From assembly GCA_947456305.1 (NCBI GenBank), contig CANGPN010000010.1, positions 1-32,000 on the forward strand: a DNA stretch of 32,000 nt. Reading direction: 5' to 3'. Below the pieces are notes generated by a model. That model saw nothing but the letters and a program-made list of their open reading frames with translations. It was not told where the DNA came from and made no database searches. Origin of the DNA: Comamonadaceae bacterium. GTDB taxonomy: Bacteria > Pseudomonadota > Gammaproteobacteria > Burkholderiales > Burkholderiaceae_C. Both the position numbers and the translations under genes were made by a program. Positions 31,103 through 32,000 of the stretch are shown piece after piece (the stretch's first letter is position 1; every line of letters starts with the position of its first letter).

Positions 31103-32000
31103 TCAGTTTTTACCGAGAGCAAACACAGCAGCTTTGACGATGCTGGCTGCATCGACCCTGAAAAAGCTGCGTAATTCTTGGCGCGTGTCGCTGCGACCAA
31201 AACCGTCTGTTCCCAGTGTGATGTAGCGTCTGTCTTTAGGCAGGTAAGCGCGAATACTCTCCGGCACGTCGCGCACATAGTCGGTGGCGGCAATCACCGG
31301 GCCGCTGCCGCTTTGCAATTGCTGTTGAATAAATGGCGTGGTGTTGCTCAAGCCGTCTATGGCTTCTTGCTCGCAACGTACACCGTCACGTGCCAGCTCG
31401 CTCCAACTTGTCACGCTGAACACTTCAGCTGCAATGCCTTGCTCGGCCAGCAATGTGGCGGCTTTGATCACTTCGCCCAGAATTGCACCCGAGCCCATCA
31501 ATGTCACAGGCTTTGCTTTGGCTTTCAATGAGGCGGGTGGCGCTGACAAGCGGTAGCAGCCTTTGAGCAATTGCTCGTTCACGCCTTCGGGCAAATCGGG
31601 TTGGGCGTAGTTTTCGTTCATTAAGGTGACGTAATAAAACACGTCCTGCTGCTCGACTAGCATTTCGCGCATGCCTTGGTCGATGATGACGGCCATTTCA
31701 CCTGCAAATGCCGGGTCGTAGGCTTTGCAATTTGGAATGGTGGCCGCGACCAAATGGCTGCTGCCGTCCTGGTGTTGCAAACCTTCGCCCCCCAACGTGG
31801 TTCTGCCCGATGTGGCACCGAGTAAAAAACCGCGCGCGCGTTGGTCAGCGGCGGCCCAGATGGCGTCACCTACTCGCTGAAAGCCGAACATTGAGTAGTA
31901 AATATAAAAAGGCAACATGGCCAAACCATGCACGCTGTAACTGGTGGCGGCTGCCGTCCAACTGGCAATCGCTCCGGCTTCGCTGATGCCTTCTTCCAAT
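31103..32000 (-). CDS. aceE: pyruvate dehydrogenase E1 component (homodimeric type), 3' part; the gene continues beyond the window
   Basis: PFYIYYSMFGFQRVGD...GATSGRTTLGGEGLQHQDGSSH...TDGFGRSD align by eye with the E. coli AceE C-terminal third. The ORF is open at the window edge. Confidence 0.9.
   Translation of the reverse strand, partial: LEEGISEAGAIASWTAAATSYSVHGLAMLPFYIYYSMFGFQRVGDAIWAAADQRARGFLLGATSGRTTLGGEGLQHQDGSSHLVAATIPNCKAYDPAFAGEMAVIIDQGMREMLVEQQDVFYYVTLMNENYAQPDLPEGVNEQLLKGCYRLSAPPASLKAKAKPVTLMGSGAILGEVIKAATLLAEQGIAAEVFSVTSWSELARDGVRCEQEAIDGLSNTTPFIQQQLQSGSGPVIAATDYVRDVPESIRAYLPKDRRYITLGTDGFGRSDTRQELRSFFRVDAASIVKAAVFALGKN

Noticed and set aside
1-32000. A search by eye for CRISPR-like regularly spaced repeats, tRNA/rRNA genes, IS elements, integrases, toxin-antitoxin pairs and known multi-gene defence systems.
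   Set aside because: I could recognise none. The intergenic regions are short apart from 533-873, 4343-4504, 5839-6057, 15108-15561 and 19090-19282, and none of those shows cloverleaf-like or repeat-spacer structure. A computational scan (tRNAscan, Infernal, ISfinder, DefenseFinder/PADLOC) would be needed to be sure.

Overview
This 32-kb window looks like a bacterial chromosomal segment, probably betaproteobacterial. That assignment is an inference from the look of the AceE, SerC and Anbu-operon proteins, not a search result. I count about 34 credible protein-coding genes. I recognised no rRNA, tRNA, CRISPR array, transposase or integrase.

Gene content in order:
- 1-600: an AT-rich segment holding a doubtful ORF that ends like an outer-membrane beta-barrel.
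- 874-4342: an orphan modA, small membrane and lipoprotein genes, a Rap1a/Tai4-like periplasmic protein, and a PQQ-type sugar dehydrogenase with a cytochrome c.
- 4.5-11.2 kb: a GC-rich acyl-CoA/dicarboxylate block. It contains a MaoC hydratase, a CitE-like lyase, a flavin reductase, an alpha/beta hydrolase, a fused MdcD/MdcE-like carboxyltransferase, a MatB-like ligase and a COG3910-like ATPase.
- 11191-15107: a complete four-gene Anbu (proteasome-like) operon.
- 15562-19089: an uncharacterised, tightly coupled four-gene operon. It encodes a coiled-coil 4-TM protein, a TM-anchored vWA-like protein, a J-domain protein and a zinc-ribbon protein.
- 19283-25909: a seven-gene copper membrane monooxygenase (CuMMO) operon directly downstream. 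Gene order is C-A-B, an AmoD/PmoD-position gene, CopC, a CopD-cytochrome c-thioredoxin-like fusion, and an anchored esterase.
- 25937-28315: an Rrf2 regulator, a voltage-gated channel with a TLEGWSQ filter and an MpaB-like oxygenase, in one operon.
- 28477-32000: a divergent MerR-family regulator, a lipoprotein, serC and the 3' part of aceE.

The most interesting candidates are the four-gene J-domain membrane operon, its juxtaposition with a divergent CuMMO operon, and the channel operon. All functional calls come from reading the translated ORFs by eye. No database search was run.
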